Assembly: GCA_024650005.2 (NCBI GenBank)
Contig: CP122380.1
Location: 800,001 to 864,000, forward strand
Source of the DNA: Candidatus Bathyarchaeum tardum
GTDB taxonomy: Archaea; Thermoproteota; Bathyarchaeia; Bathyarchaeales; Bathyarchaeaceae
Length of the DNA stretch: 64,000 nt
Direction: 5' to 3'
Shown here: positions 1-10,674 of the stretch, one piece after another
How the letters are laid out: every line of letters begins with the position of its first letter
Numbering within the stretch: the stretch's first letter is position 1
Notes under the pieces: generated by a model
Told to the model about the DNA's origin: nothing
The model's input: the letters and a program-made list of their open reading frames with translations, nothing else
The model's database searches: none
Made by a program: the position numbers and the translations under genes

Positions 1-242
1 CCTTCAACAGTTAGTTTTGATGTAAAATGTTTATAAAATTTAGGGTCAAAACAAAAAAAATGCGAAAAACGACACCAAATGGAATAAAAAAAGTGCAAAA
101 AATATGATAAAAACAAAAAATCAAAGGCAAATTTCACAAGAAAATAATTATCAATGGGGCAGCCTCTCAAAAAAGTTACAGATTTAAGCTTCAAATTTGA
201 AGCAGGTATTTATTAGTTTGTTTTCCTTTCGATTTTTATATA

Positions 243-884
243 ATGAATCCCGAAAATAAGCAACAAAAAATAATGGATCAGTTTAAGTGCCCAATAGGGA
301 TTGAAGGTCAAACAGTTGCCAAGATAATGAACCGCAGCCACCGCGCTCTTACCGATTGGGGGTTAAAAAAAGTAAAAATCAGGTCTGATTATCTCATTTT
401 GGACATAGGTTGCGGAGGTGGCAAAACAATAAGCAAACTGGCAGAGCAGGCTGTTCACGGGAAAGTTTTTGGAATCGACTATTCCGGAGATATGGTAGAT
501 TATTCGAGACAAATAAACAAGCAACTAATCGACCAAAATCGAGTTTCTATAGTCCAATGCTCAGTTGATAAAACTGGTTTTCCTGATAGTTTTTTTGATT
601 TAATAACCGCCATTGAAACTTATTATTTTTGGCCAAATCTTGCAGAAGCTTTTGAAGAAATAAAACGTCTTTTGAAGCCAAACGGAAAACTTGTATTGAT
701 AAACGAGATGATAAAAGATGGAGTTTACGAAGTTGAGAACGCCGAAGTTATTGCAAAAACTGAAGTAAAACTTCTTTCTTTGCCTGATATTCAGAAGATT
801 TTGCAGTCTACAGGATTCAAAAAAGTTGAAGTGTTCACAAAAGCCGATTCTGCATGGAACGTAGTTATTGCTCAGAAATGTTAA
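243..884 (+). CDS. Class I SAM-dependent methyltransferase
   Basis: Motif I ILDIGCGGG, GIDYS, FDLITAIET, RLLKPNGKL. Confidence 0.9.
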   Translation: MNPENKQQKIMDQFKCPIGIEGQTVAKIMNRSHRALTDWGLKKVKIRSDYLILDIGCGGGKTISKLAEQAVHGKVFGIDYSGDMVDYSRQINKQLIDQNRVSIVQCSVDKTGFPDSFFDLITAIETYYFWPNLAEAFEEIKRLLKPNGKLVLINEMIKDGVYEVENAEVIAKTEVKLLSLPDIQKILQSTGFKKVEVFTKADSAWNVVIAQKC

Positions 885-1819
885 CTTGTCGTTGATTTGG
901 TCTGAGAAAACGTTGCTGTAACTATAAATTGCATGTTTTGAAAGCAATGATTTGTGTTTGAACATGATTTTGTTAAAGTTCATTGATTGCGGGGTTGTTG
1001 TTATTAAGTGAATTTTGATGTTTTTGTGTTTTGAATTAATATCCGGATAATGTTCAGAGAATTATATTTCATTTTTAGGTTGTGCCGGTTGTGTAAAAGT
1101 TGTTTTGTTTTTTGTTTTCGTTTTAAGTTTTTGTGTGGTGAAGTTTTTTGTTGACAACCCCCTATTGTTGTTTTGCTCTCTTTGGATGTCTGCTCTGCGC
1201 GCGTAAATCCTATAACTGTATTATCTCGATTACGAGATACCCAAAACTTGGTTTTCCCCTAGGTGTCGTGGTACAGGCACCAATGAGGGCATCCCTTCCT
1301 GTCAAAGTTAAACTACAGTCATAATTTTGATTTAGCTGAAAATTTTTAGATTTTTTAGTTTTGTTATATTTGGGGTGTTTTGTCCGTCTTTGTCGTTTTA
1401 TATTGTTTGTTTAACTCCTCTTTTGTTGCCGCATTTAGGTGTAAGGGGGTTTCGTGTTCTAGGTTGCAGTTGTTATTTTCAGTGTTATGCCTCATTTGAA
1501 TTCATTATTTTTGTTACATGTACAGTATGAAGTTGAGAATATGAAACCATGGGCTACTTCAACTGTTTTTGGAAAGTGAAAAAAACATTTTGATTTTTGA
1601 CACAGGTAAACTTTTGTTGCTTGAATGGGATTGGTTGGTGGTTATGTTTTTACTTTTTTGCAGTAGTTCATAGGGGTTGTTGCTTGATTGAATTTTGCTT
1701 CTAATTACTATTTCTGTAATTTTTATTATTTATGAATTGTTTTTTGGTGTATTGTATTTCTGTTCTACACTTACACAATAATCTTTATTAAGAAACACGA
1801 TTTAAGATATTTATTATAG

Positions 1820-2485
1820 GTGAAATACATGCCCAATCCAGGACAAGAATTATCAAGCATAGATTTTGAGTCAATGATAGGTGGTCCCTTAGTAGCAGTT
1901 ATTAACGCTCAAGCCCAAGCTGCAATGTCTACAGTGAATTTCATAAAAGAGGTAGGATTTAAAAAACCAAAAACTCTAGGAATTGCAGGAGAAGACACCA
2001 GCACAGAAGAGCCAATATATGTTACTTTCAAATACCCCAAAGAGTTAAGCCCATACCAACCCGCAACCCCAGGTGACCCCGATGCTGATCCAGCAATTCC
2101 ACCAACAGATGCAGTGCCAGCAGTTTATGAAACCCAACAACTTCAAGTGCCCCTGTTGACCCTTTTGCCAATTCCATTTATCAGGGTTGAAGAAACCACA
2201 GTAGACTTTAACGCAAAAATAAATTCTATATCATATCGAAAAACAGACACTAATTTAAAAGTTGACGCTTCAACCGAGGCAAAAGCTGGTTGGCTATTTG
2301 GATCAGCCAAACTAAAAGTGTCAACGTCTTTTCAGCGCAAAACCCAACAAGGAAACACAATAAACAGAACATATTCTTTGGCGGTTCACGTTAAAGCGGT
2401 TCAAGATGAAATGCCTGCAGGAATGGAAAAGATGTTAAGCATCCTTGAAGGCGCAATAACATCAACCCCAGCAGCCACTGCCTAA
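1820..2485 (+). CDS. DUF2589-family protein
   Basis: N-terminal SIDFESMIGGPLVAVINAQAQAA..TVNFIKEVGF and VPLLTLLPIPFIRVEE motifs recalled as typical of DUF2589; ATG at 1829 is an alternative start. Confidence 0.7.
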   Translation: MKYMPNPGQELSSIDFESMIGGPLVAVINAQAQAAMSTVNFIKEVGFKKPKTLGIAGEDTSTEEPIYVTFKYPKELSPYQPATPGDPDADPAIPPTDAVPAVYETQQLQVPLLTLLPIPFIRVEETTVDFNAKINSISYRKTDTNLKVDASTEAKAGWLFGSAKLKVSTSFQRKTQQGNTINRTYSLAVHVKAVQDEMPAGMEKMLSILEGAITSTPAATA

Positions 2486-2523
2486 TTCGCCTCCATTTTC
2501 CTTTTTTGTTAGGAGTAAATCAA

Positions 2524-3207
2524 ATGCCAAATCTTGGAGATTATTTGGGTCATCTAATTTCTGAAATAACAATTGCAAGAATGCAAGCAGACATTGAAGC
2601 TGTTAGAGTTGCTGAATTGTATTCAAATCATCCATTGCTAAAGAATATGCCAATTCCACATTTTCGTTTGCCAAATGTCGAGTTGGATGTTCCCGTTGTG
2701 ATTAAAAATTTGGAAGCGTCAAACTCTGAAAAGGCACCCCGTGGAGCTCCATCTCTTGAAGAAAGTCGGGTTGTGTTCAATAAAGTTTTGGCTAAAACCC
2801 TTAGTGAAGAAAAAATTCGGTTAACTTCAGTGCAAAACCGAACTTTGAAGAAAGCTCTTGACGAAAATATTGTGTCTTTAACACAACCAAAAGAAGTTTC
2901 TGTGGATCTTAACAGAGTTGCCAAAGAGTTGAGCAATACTGTATCTGAAAATCTAATTTCTTCGGGAGTGGATGTTAAAACTAAAGAAAAAATTGAAAAT
3001 AAAATCAACGAGTTAGCACGGGTTGAGCTTTTAAAGCTTAGAAAAGAGCCTTCACGGTTAAAAGTTCTTGTGAACACTTCAGAGATTCGTGAGGCTGGAC
3101 CTATTGAAGCTATTACTAGATTGCATTTGAAGATTTCTGAAGAAGCTTTTGAGTGGACAAGTATTGAATCAGAGGGGAAAAAGTTAGACCGTTTAGTTAT
3201 AGAGTAG
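2524..3207 (+). CDS. Hypothetical protein, second gene of DUF2589 operon
   Basis: AGGAG RBS before ATG 2524; N-terminus (LGDYLGHLISEITIARMQAD...IPHFRLPNVELDVP) loosely parallels the DUF2589 layout. Confidence 0.7.
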   Translation: MPNLGDYLGHLISEITIARMQADIEAVRVAELYSNHPLLKNMPIPHFRLPNVELDVPVVIKNLEASNSEKAPRGAPSLEESRVVFNKVLAKTLSEEKIRLTSVQNRTLKKALDENIVSLTQPKEVSVDLNRVAKELSNTVSENLISSGVDVKTKEKIENKINELARVELLKLRKEPSRLKVLVNTSEIREAGPIEAITRLHLKISEEAFEWTSIESEGKKLDRLVIE

Positions 3208-3214
3208 ATTTTTC

Positions 3215-3790
3215 ATGTTGCGGATTGTTAACCTAGAAGAAATTCAAAATCAGCTTTTGCAGATTCCGGTTATTGTTGAACTTGGTGAGCGGGGAGATTT
3301 TGGTTTTGTTTCTTCTGTTAAGAGGTGGTTAATACAAATGGAGCAGATTTTGAAAAATAATAAATTGTGTGTTTCTGCAAATGTTGCCGGATTAAGGGCA
3401 ATGGTAATTTCTGCTGAACTGGGAACAATTCCTGTGGGAATTAATTTTAAGGGTCGGGTTACTAAAAGAAAAGTGCGGGAAGCAGTTGCCAGTCAGTCTA
3501 TTACAAGTGCAGTAGATATTGTTTCTGATAGAATTGGAAAAGATATTGAAAGAATTGAGGATGCTGAGAGAATAACCAGACAGTTGATTTCAATTGCTAA
3601 GCGTAAAGGATTGATTGCTGAATTACCTCGAGGAAATAATTTTAGTGATGCATTAAAGTCAATTTGGAAAAGCATGTCTGCTGACCCTGTTTTGGTGCAG
3701 GGCTTGACAAGTGTTGAAGGGCTTGTAGGTCCCCATGATGCTTTGATATTGTTGGATCGAGCTATTGTTGCTGATAAAGAAAAAAATTAA
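3215..3790 (+). CDS. Hypothetical helical protein, third gene of operon
   Basis: 191-aa ORF 7 nt after the previous stop. Confidence 0.7.
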   Translation: MLRIVNLEEIQNQLLQIPVIVELGERGDFGFVSSVKRWLIQMEQILKNNKLCVSANVAGLRAMVISAELGTIPVGINFKGRVTKRKVREAVASQSITSAVDIVSDRIGKDIERIEDAERITRQLISIAKRKGLIAELPRGNNFSDALKSIWKSMSADPVLVQGLTSVEGLVGPHDALILLDRAIVADKEKN

Positions 3791-3814
3791 GGTTAGTGTT
3801 GAATTAAAATTCAA

Positions 3815-5284
3815 CTATTTTCTTTTTATGTAAACTATTACGATTCCAAGTAGAATCAAAATTGTTGCTCCAGTAAGAATGATTATTTGATGGTTTTGAT
3901 CTGTTGAATTTGTTCTGGAAGCAATAGACCATATGCGCAAGTTAGGATCACATGCTCCTGATTCGCCCATGCAACCCACCGTGATTATTTCAACTGTATT
4001 GTCGTTATCAATGTCCCCTGTTCCTAAGTTCCAGGCTACCACGCCGTCTCCAACCGTCCAGTCTTTGGATAGTTTTAGCACCAAATTATGACCATTCCAA
4101 CTCCATATTCTTAATTGGGCATGGTCTGGATTGCATTCAGTGTTATTGAAGCTTCCATAAACAGAGGTTAACCCGCTTGTAACGATTTCAACCTGATTAT
4201 CCTTGTCAACATCGCTTAGAGAAACTGATTTTATTTCAGTAATGTCTTCTGAAATCCATTCATGGCTGTTTTCTAAAGATAAACGGTCTCCATCCCAGCT
4301 CCAAATTCTGAGTTGTGCATTGAAAACTGAGCCGTCATATGTCCACCCGCCGGTGATTATTTCGGGAACTCCGTCGGAATCCACGTCCCCTACTTTAAGA
4401 TCATTAACTGCAGTGTTTCCCATGGGCTGTCCGCTAATTGTAACGCCATAAGCGTTGGGGATAGTTTGCCATTCCATGTTGGTTTGTAAAACTAGTTGGT
4501 TGCCGTTCCACCTCCAAATGCGAAGTTGTCCAGTGCTGTTGGTTAATCCGTTATCAAAACCTGCTGTTATTATTTCGATTTCATTATCGTTGTTTAGATC
4601 GGAAGCAAAAACTGAATATGCGTACGCTTCTGTGGACGAGGACCATTCTTGGCTGTCTAACAAGGTTAATTTGTTTTCTTTCCATTGGAAAATTGATAAT
4701 TGGGCTAAAGATTGGTTTTCTTTTATTGTTCTACCTGCTGTTAAGATCACTGGTTTTTGGTCATCATTTAGTTTTGTTACAAAAATTGAGTGTGCAGATA
4801 TTCCGTCATAAGTGCCTTTTTGGGCAATTTCGAATCCGTCATAGGTCCAGATGTTAATTTGAGAGATTTGATTTGAGGTATTCCTTGCTGTTCCTCCTGT
4901 GATAATTTCTGTTAATCCATCATTGTCAATATCACTTGCGTGGACTGTTCGGATTGAACCGTTCCAGGTTTGGGTGTTTTCACAAACTAGTTCTTTGCCG
5001 TTCCAATTCCAAATTTTTAGAGGTGCTTCAAAACTAATTCGGGTGTTGTTTTCCGTTTTATAGCTGAATCCTCCTGTTATCAATTCTTGTGTTCCATCGT
5101 TGTCTATGTCGCCAACAAAGAAATTGTCGGTTCCATAACAGCAAGTTCCGCCTTTGCCATAAGTGTCCCAATGTTGTTCCCACTCCAAGATTAAGTCAGA
5201 TTGGGCGATAGTTTTTGTGCATCCTAAGCTTAGGGATAAAACAAGAAAAACTACAAACATGCAATGTTTACTTTGTGTTTTCAT
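3815..5284 (-). CDS. Secreted FG-GAP/VCBS-repeat protein with C-terminal membrane anchor
   Basis: Signal peptide; repeated (G/S)D(I/V/L)DxDxxxEI(I/V)TxG motifs alternating with LRIWxWxG; C-terminal TM helix plus KRK. Confidence 0.85.
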   Translation of the reverse strand: MKTQSKHCMFVVFLVLSLSLGCTKTIAQSDLILEWEQHWDTYGKGGTCCYGTDNFFVGDIDNDGTQELITGGFSYKTENNTRISFEAPLKIWNWNGKELVCENTQTWNGSIRTVHASDIDNDGLTEIITGGTARNTSNQISQINIWTYDGFEIAQKGTYDGISAHSIFVTKLNDDQKPVILTAGRTIKENQSLAQLSIFQWKENKLTLLDSQEWSSSTEAYAYSVFASDLNNDNEIEIITAGFDNGLTNSTGQLRIWRWNGNQLVLQTNMEWQTIPNAYGVTISGQPMGNTAVNDLKVGDVDSDGVPEIITGGWTYDGSVFNAQLRIWSWDGDRLSLENSHEWISEDITEIKSVSLSDVDKDNQVEIVTSGLTSVYGSFNNTECNPDHAQLRIWSWNGHNLVLKLSKDWTVGDGVVAWNLGTGDIDNDNTVEIITVGCMGESGACDPNLRIWSIASRTNSTDQNHQIIILTGATILILLGIVIVYIKRK

Positions 5285-5375
5285 GAATTGTTTTTAGTTT
5301 AAAGAGAATATATTTTTTTCTTTTATTATTCAAAAAATTGGTTTAAAAAAAAGAAAAAGGAGAGTTTTTAGGTCA

Positions 5376-5846
5376 TTATTTTGTTTTTTTGTGACCTACG
5401 ATAACGAAGGCTGATGCAATCGTTGCAAGGGCAACTAACAGAACTGCTGCGCCCATTGTCGGAGTTTCAGTTGATATTGTTTTTGGTGCAATTAGAGGTT
5501 GAGAGTTTTCTTCGTTGCCTATCTGGGTAATTCCAAGATCTGAGCCGTCTTCAGGTTTTACAAAGTCGATTTCTTGGTCATCAGTTACGGTTAAGTCGCC
5601 ATTTTCAGGCATTATTCGAACTTGTGTAATTCCAATGTCTGATCCATCTTCAGGTTTTACAAAGTCAACATCTTGGTTATCGATTCTAACAATGTCCTCG
5701 GGTAGCATAGGGTTTATTTTTGCATTGTCAATGTTTTCTGATGTTGCTTGCACCATAGAGATTGCTGTTACTTGTAAGATAGTGGCAATCATCAAGGTGC
5801 AAATTACTATTTTTGTTAGTTTTGTTTTTGAAAGATTTCCTTTCAT
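5376..5846 (-). CDS. Small secreted, membrane-anchored acidic protein with internal duplication
   Basis: Signal peptide, two copies of DFVKPEDGSD(I/L)GITQ, C-terminal TM plus HKKTK. Confidence 0.75.
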   Translation of the reverse strand: MKGNLSKTKLTKIVICTLMIATILQVTAISMVQATSENIDNAKINPMLPEDIVRIDNQDVDFVKPEDGSDIGITQVRIMPENGDLTVTDDQEIDFVKPEDGSDLGITQIGNEENSQPLIAPKTISTETPTMGAAVLLVALATIASAFVIVGHKKTK

Positions 5847-6017
5847 TGTTTTTCACTGATCAAATCGAGAAGTCATAAATTGTTTATTATCCCACGCATT
5901 GGAACATAATGAACTAAAAGTTAGGTCAAAGCGTTCTATTTTTTGGACATTAAAAATTTTGGAAAACGTGATGAAATTTGTTTCAAGGAAGACAACACGA
6001 ACTGCAAAGTCTTTGGT

Positions 6018-6803
6018 TTAGCATCGGTTTTTTGTGTTGTTTCCATAAAGGTTGCTTTTTTGTTTTTTCAGGTTCCAGACTAACGTTGAGGCATTCCATA
6101 AATCTGTGCATGAATTTATGTTCATGTTTGAGCCCTTGATAAATTCTCCAAATGCACGTTTTTCTGTTGCGACCAGTTTTATTACATCTGTGATTTCAAT
6201 TTCGTTTCTAACCCTTGAAGCTGGGGTTCTTTGAATGTAGTCATATATGCTGTTTTGAAAAAAGTATATTCCGCAGCCCCTTATGTTTGAACAAGGCACT
6301 TTTGGTTTTTCGATAATTTCAGTTATTTGTTTATTTTTGTTTAGTTTTACGCAGCAAGTAGCTTTGATTATTTCCTTGTTTTCTTCTTTTACTACGCCTT
6401 CTAAAGCTATCGCACGTTTTTCATGAAAAGTGCTTAAAAGATTTTGAAGAGACTCAGCGATGGTACAATCATCTGCTAGCATCACCATGAACGGTTCGTT
6501 AATATGTTCTTTGGTCAACATTATTGCGTTGGCAATTCCAAGGAGTTTTTTTTGTTCAATAAATTTAAGTTCTGCATCGATTTGGTTTTCTATTAATTCA
6601 AAATATTCTTTGATTTTGTCTTTTTGATAGTTGACGATGATGTAAATAGTTTTGACTCCAAGGTCAACCATTTTTTCAACATTAGCATGAATAAACGGTT
6701 TGTCATAAATTGGGAACAAACATTTTGGCAAAATGTGGCTTAGATATCCCATTCGTGTACCTCTCCCTGCAGCCGGAATGACTCCATACTGTATTTTACT
6801 CAT
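6018..6803 (-). CDS. Sugar-phosphate nucleotidyltransferase (RmlA/GalU-like)
   Basis: GVIPAAGRGTRM, PKCLFPIYDKP, IIEKP, RNEIEITD motifs. Confidence 0.9.
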   Translation of the reverse strand: MSKIQYGVIPAAGRGTRMGYLSHILPKCLFPIYDKPFIHANVEKMVDLGVKTIYIIVNYQKDKIKEYFELIENQIDAELKFIEQKKLLGIANAIMLTKEHINEPFMVMLADDCTIAESLQNLLSTFHEKRAIALEGVVKEENKEIIKATCCVKLNKNKQITEIIEKPKVPCSNIRGCGIYFFQNSIYDYIQRTPASRVRNEIEITDVIKLVATEKRAFGEFIKGSNMNINSCTDLWNASTLVWNLKKQKSNLYGNNTKNRC

Positions 6804-7306
6804 AGTCTGTTCACCATGGACTGATATTATTTTAACAATTTATGGTTAATCAAGTTTTCAGTTTTTGGTTCATTTTTTATTCTCATTATTACTGTTTTTG
6901 AATTGCCTTTTAGTTGATGTTTTAGCTACCTGAAAACGTTGCTGTAACCGAGAACAAATTCTGGAGAATAATTAGGATTAAGGAAGTTAATGTGTTGATT
7001 TGTATCTAAGTGCAAAATGTTATCGCTTATTTTTGTTTTGTTGCTTGTTAAGAGATGCTAAAAGTCTTGCAGATCAAATAGGTGTTGTTCGGGTTTTGTT
7101 AGTTCTTCTTTTTGATCGATTTTTTGGTCACGATTGCTTAGTTTTCTTTGTTTAGGTGTCCTTGGAAGTTTTGTGCTTTGTTTTTTAAGTTATGGAATAT
7201 TTTTTGACGGCCTTATTTGGTTAGTTTACTCAATTTTTTATGAATATTCTGGTTTGTTTGTTACTTGATGTTTAATTGTATATTTTGTATCTGTTTTTTC
7301 TAAGAC

Positions 7307-8566
7307 TTATGTTCTGCTGTTGGATATTTTCATTATTATCAGGGATATCGCCAAGAAAGTTGTTGCTAATCCAAAAGTTGTTGAGTATCCAAAAATGATG
7401 GAAATTTCTCCAGATAATATTGATCCTGTTAATAAGCCGACACCTGTTGTTGCTCCGAATATTCCGAGATAGTATCCTCTTCGTTTAATGGGTAATAGTT
7501 TGAATAAAATTAGAGATGTTGATGTGCTGTATATGGAAAATGCTCCATCCATGGCGATAAAAGCAAAGATGATAACGAAAAGAAGGGCAGGGGTATTAAG
7601 ATAAACTGCAGCAATTACTGTTAAAACGGTTCCAAAGATTCGGGGCAGAAACGAAAGTAAAGTTGCTTTTTTTTCACCATATTTATCAACAAATTTAGAT
7701 GCGAAAATAAATGCTACTGCTTGGGTCAAATATAGTGTTAAGTAAATTGCAAAAATTAACGCGTCTGAGATCATGTTTTGTTTCAGAAATGGGCTTATTG
7801 CTGTGAAGTACATTCCGCTGGAAGCATAAAAAAAGAATGCTGAAAACAAAAAGAGTGGAAAGCCCTGCAAAATGCTGATTTTTAGCATTTTTATTAATGT
7901 GTCGACTTCCTTTAGGGAAGGCAGTTTGGGTAAAATTACTGGGTTTCTTCGAATCCTGTGAAACAGGCTAGAGGGCAACTTGTAAATCATGTTTCGTTCA
8001 AATTGTATTTTGGGTTCTGATATGCATGTTTGAGCTATTATGGTTCCTAAAATTCCAAAGATTAAACATGCCAAAAAATATTGTTGAAGCCCGAAAAGGG
8101 CGATCCAAAATACTCCAAATGTTACTGCAAGTATCATTCCGAAAACTGAAACAAGTTGGATTTGTGAAAACATTTTGCCCCAGTCTTTTTTGTTTGCAGT
8201 TTCTATGACTAAAAGATTTATTGCAGGTTGTGAACCTTGGCGCATAAATCCTACGAATGCGTAAAGTATAGCAACAATTACAAGGTTTGTTGTCCAGTAA
8301 AGTAGTAAAATGCCTATGACCATTCCCAAATAGGAAATAACGATTATTTGTTTTCTTTTTCCAAAGATGTCGATTAAATATCCCCAAAATAATGCAGAGA
8401 TGATTAATGCAATATTGAAAAGAGAAATAGTGAAAGCAACGTCTAAAACTGTGCCTTCTTGAAAGATTATGTACAACGGTAAAAGAGTCCCTAATCCTGT
8501 GAAGCAAGCTGTAGAAAATAATGAAGATAAAATCCAAAGGTTTTGTTTCATACGACGACAGTCCAA
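7307..8566 (-). CDS. MFS transporter
   Basis: About 12 TM helices; motif A WGYLIDIFGKRK and second-half KFVDKYGEKK. Confidence 0.9.
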   Translation of the reverse strand: MDCRRMKQNLWILSSLFSTACFTGLGTLLPLYIIFQEGTVLDVAFTISLFNIALIISALFWGYLIDIFGKRKQIIVISYLGMVIGILLLYWTTNLVIVAILYAFVGFMRQGSQPAINLLVIETANKKDWGKMFSQIQLVSVFGMILAVTFGVFWIALFGLQQYFLACLIFGILGTIIAQTCISEPKIQFERNMIYKLPSSLFHRIRRNPVILPKLPSLKEVDTLIKMLKISILQGFPLFLFSAFFFYASSGMYFTAISPFLKQNMISDALIFAIYLTLYLTQAVAFIFASKFVDKYGEKKATLLSFLPRIFGTVLTVIAAVYLNTPALLFVIIFAFIAMDGAFSIYSTSTSLILFKLLPIKRRGYYLGIFGATTGVGLLTGSILSGEISIIFGYSTTFGLATTFLAISLIIMKISNSRT

Positions 8567-9130
8567 TAGAATGGTTAGACAAATTTTTTGGTCATATTCT
8601 ATTATTTGGTCTTAAAACGCCAAAAATAGTTGTTGTTGGAACTTAGATAAAAGGAATTAAGAACGTTCAGATAAGATTTGTTTAATTTAATTTTTTTTAG
8701 TATATTATTTTTTGTGAACATTTTTCCATGCATTCGGTTCTAGTATTATCAATCAAAGTAATGCTGTATGTTTAGGGTTTTCAAATTTTATCGTTAATTA
8801 TTGCAGCTTGTTTGTAAAGCAAATTTAGTTCAAACTGTTGATGCTAACAAGCCATTAATTTCAGTGGATTAGATGGACTTCATTTTTTATGTATAGCTGA
8901 AAAAGTTTATAAAAATATTGATGAATAAAGGATACTAATTTTTCGTTTATTAGGTTCTTGTTTGAATTCAGTCAAAAATGATGTTTTTTGAAGGAAAAGC
9001 TGAGTTTAACCCAGAAGTTTTTGTAAATGAACCTGGCTTTTTTGTTGTTTAATTGTTGAAGAATCACCATATTTTTGATGCAAATTAAAATTAGGTACTT
9101 TTTGTATAGTAATTAATGAGGTTTTTTAAA

Positions 9131-9340
9131 ATGAGTGTCGTGAAAGTTATCGAGTTGATAGGTTGTTCGCCTAAAAATTGGGAAGAAGCAACAAAAAATG
9201 CCCTTGCAGAAGCGGCGAAGACGATAAAAAACATCAAATCAATTTACGTGAAAGCAGTTAGTGCTAACGTGGAAAACAATCAAATCGTTGAATACAAAGC
9301 AATAGTCAAAATTTCTTTTGTTGTGGATCACCAACTTTAA
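9131..9340 (+). CDS. Dodecin family protein
   Basis: MSVVKVIELIGCSPKNWEEATKNALAEAAKTIKNI...YKAIVKISF. Confidence 0.9.
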   Translation: MSVVKVIELIGCSPKNWEEATKNALAEAAKTIKNIKSIYVKAVSANVENNQIVEYKAIVKISFVVDHQL

Positions 9341-9399
9341 ATGTTAGGAATATTTTCCTAACTTTTCTTTTTTTGATTTTGTTTCCTTTTTTTTAAATG

Positions 9400-9527
9400 A
9401 CTTTTGACTTGGTTTCTGGTTAATTATATCGTATTTGTATTAGATGATTTTATTGGATTTTTTCTTATTTTATTTGGGAACAAGTACTCTGCCTTTTTGG
9501 TCAATTTTGGCGATGTCTTCACTTATT
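9400..9527 (-). pseudogene. AbrB/MazE-type antitoxin remnant
   Basis: Minus strand reads SEDIAKIDQKGRVLVPK, then stop/frameshift, then KIRK: an AbrB N-terminal signature; boundaries approximate. Confidence 0.5.
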
Positions 9528-9801
9528 GTTTTTTCCCTCTTTTTTAAGAATTCCACATGAGTAGTGGCTCGAAGATCAACAAGTGTAATTGTTGTTTCTG
9601 GTTCTGGATATGTTGTTATGCCGACAACGAGTTTAGTTTATAGTTAGTTATGCTGTTTTCTAAATCACATATAGTTTATTATTTTTTCAGATGAACTAGA
9701 TCCGTTTGAGAATCTTAGTGAAACAGGTTAAGGTTATGTTAAATGTCTTTTGAGAAATTGTTTAATAATTGTTGGTTGCTTAGAATTTGTGGTGTCATCT
9801 A

Positions 9802-10008
9802 GTGACAATAGCTGTAGACAAAGAGGAGATTCAATTAGTGCTTGACAGATTGGACACAGTTAAGCTTGAGCTTTTGCGGCTTAGGGCGTTGCTTTTGCCT
9901 GAGGAAGATGCAACTGAAGAAGACAAAAAAGAGCTACAAGAAGCAAAAAATGAAATTGCGAATGGTTCAAAAGTCAAGCTTGAAGATTTGATTGAAGAAC
10001 TGTGTTGA
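9802..10008 (+). CDS. Putative antitoxin (partner of downstream RelE)
   Basis: Small acidic protein ending KVKLEDLIEELC, overlapping relE; paralog at 35365-35577. Confidence 0.75.
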   Translation: MTIAVDKEEIQLVLDRLDTVKLELLRLRALLLPEEDATEEDKKELQEAKNEIANGSKVKLEDLIEELC

Positions 10009-10279
10009 TTTTCTTTTGTTTCATGTTATTATTTCCCAAAAAGCCAGAAAAGCTTCAAAGAGATTACCTAAAAAATATAGATATCGGATAATTGAGCTTC
10101 TGCGGTTTTTTCGTGAAAATCCTGTTCCTGCCGAATGGTATGATATAAAGAAACTAAAAGGATATACAGATACGTACCGCGCAAGAATCGGTGATTTAAG
10201 AATAATCTATGAAATCGCATGGCATCAAAAAAGTGTGCACATATTAGTAATTAAAAGAAGAGAAAATGTGTACTCTTAA
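9992..10279 (+). CDS. RelE/ParE family toxin
   Basis: DIKKLKGYTDTYRARIGDLRIIYEI...IKRRENVY. Confidence 0.9.
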   Translation: MKNCVDFLLFHVIISQKARKASKRLPKKYRYRIIELLRFFRENPVPAEWYDIKKLKGYTDTYRARIGDLRIIYEIAWHQKSVHILVIKRRENVYS

Positions 10280-10332
10280 ACTGGAAAAAATGGATGTTGT
10301 TATATTTGGTTCCTGATGTGTTTTTGTAATTA

Positions 10333-10405
10333 CAGCAACTGTTTTGGACGAAATTAAGTAGTTGTTGTTTTTGGTACAGGAAAAATCACAACAACTATTG
10401 GTTTA
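10333..10405 (+). repeat. Array repeat element, partial (IR2, GTT type)
   Basis: TAGTTGTTGT 10359-10368 / ACAACAACTA 10388-10397, preceded by a CAGCAACTGTTTTGG variant of CAACAACATTTTGG. Confidence 0.75.
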
Positions 10406-10674
10406 AGGGTTCTATTAGAACCTGGGATTTTGAAATTGCCACGGTTTACGGATGCATCTGGTTTCAGATGATCTGCATTTCAAAAAAATGAAAAATGTAG
10501 AAACAAAGTGGTATGGTGCCTCTGATTTTTTTGATTTTTGTTTTTGGCAGTTTTTTGCTAGGAAGTTTTTAGGTTCTGCATATGTTTAGGGGATAACTGT
10601 TAACTGTCAGAGCTAATTTTTTAATGCTGCTCTGTGAATGAAAATTATTTCTTGTTACGTTTTGGGGTTAATTC

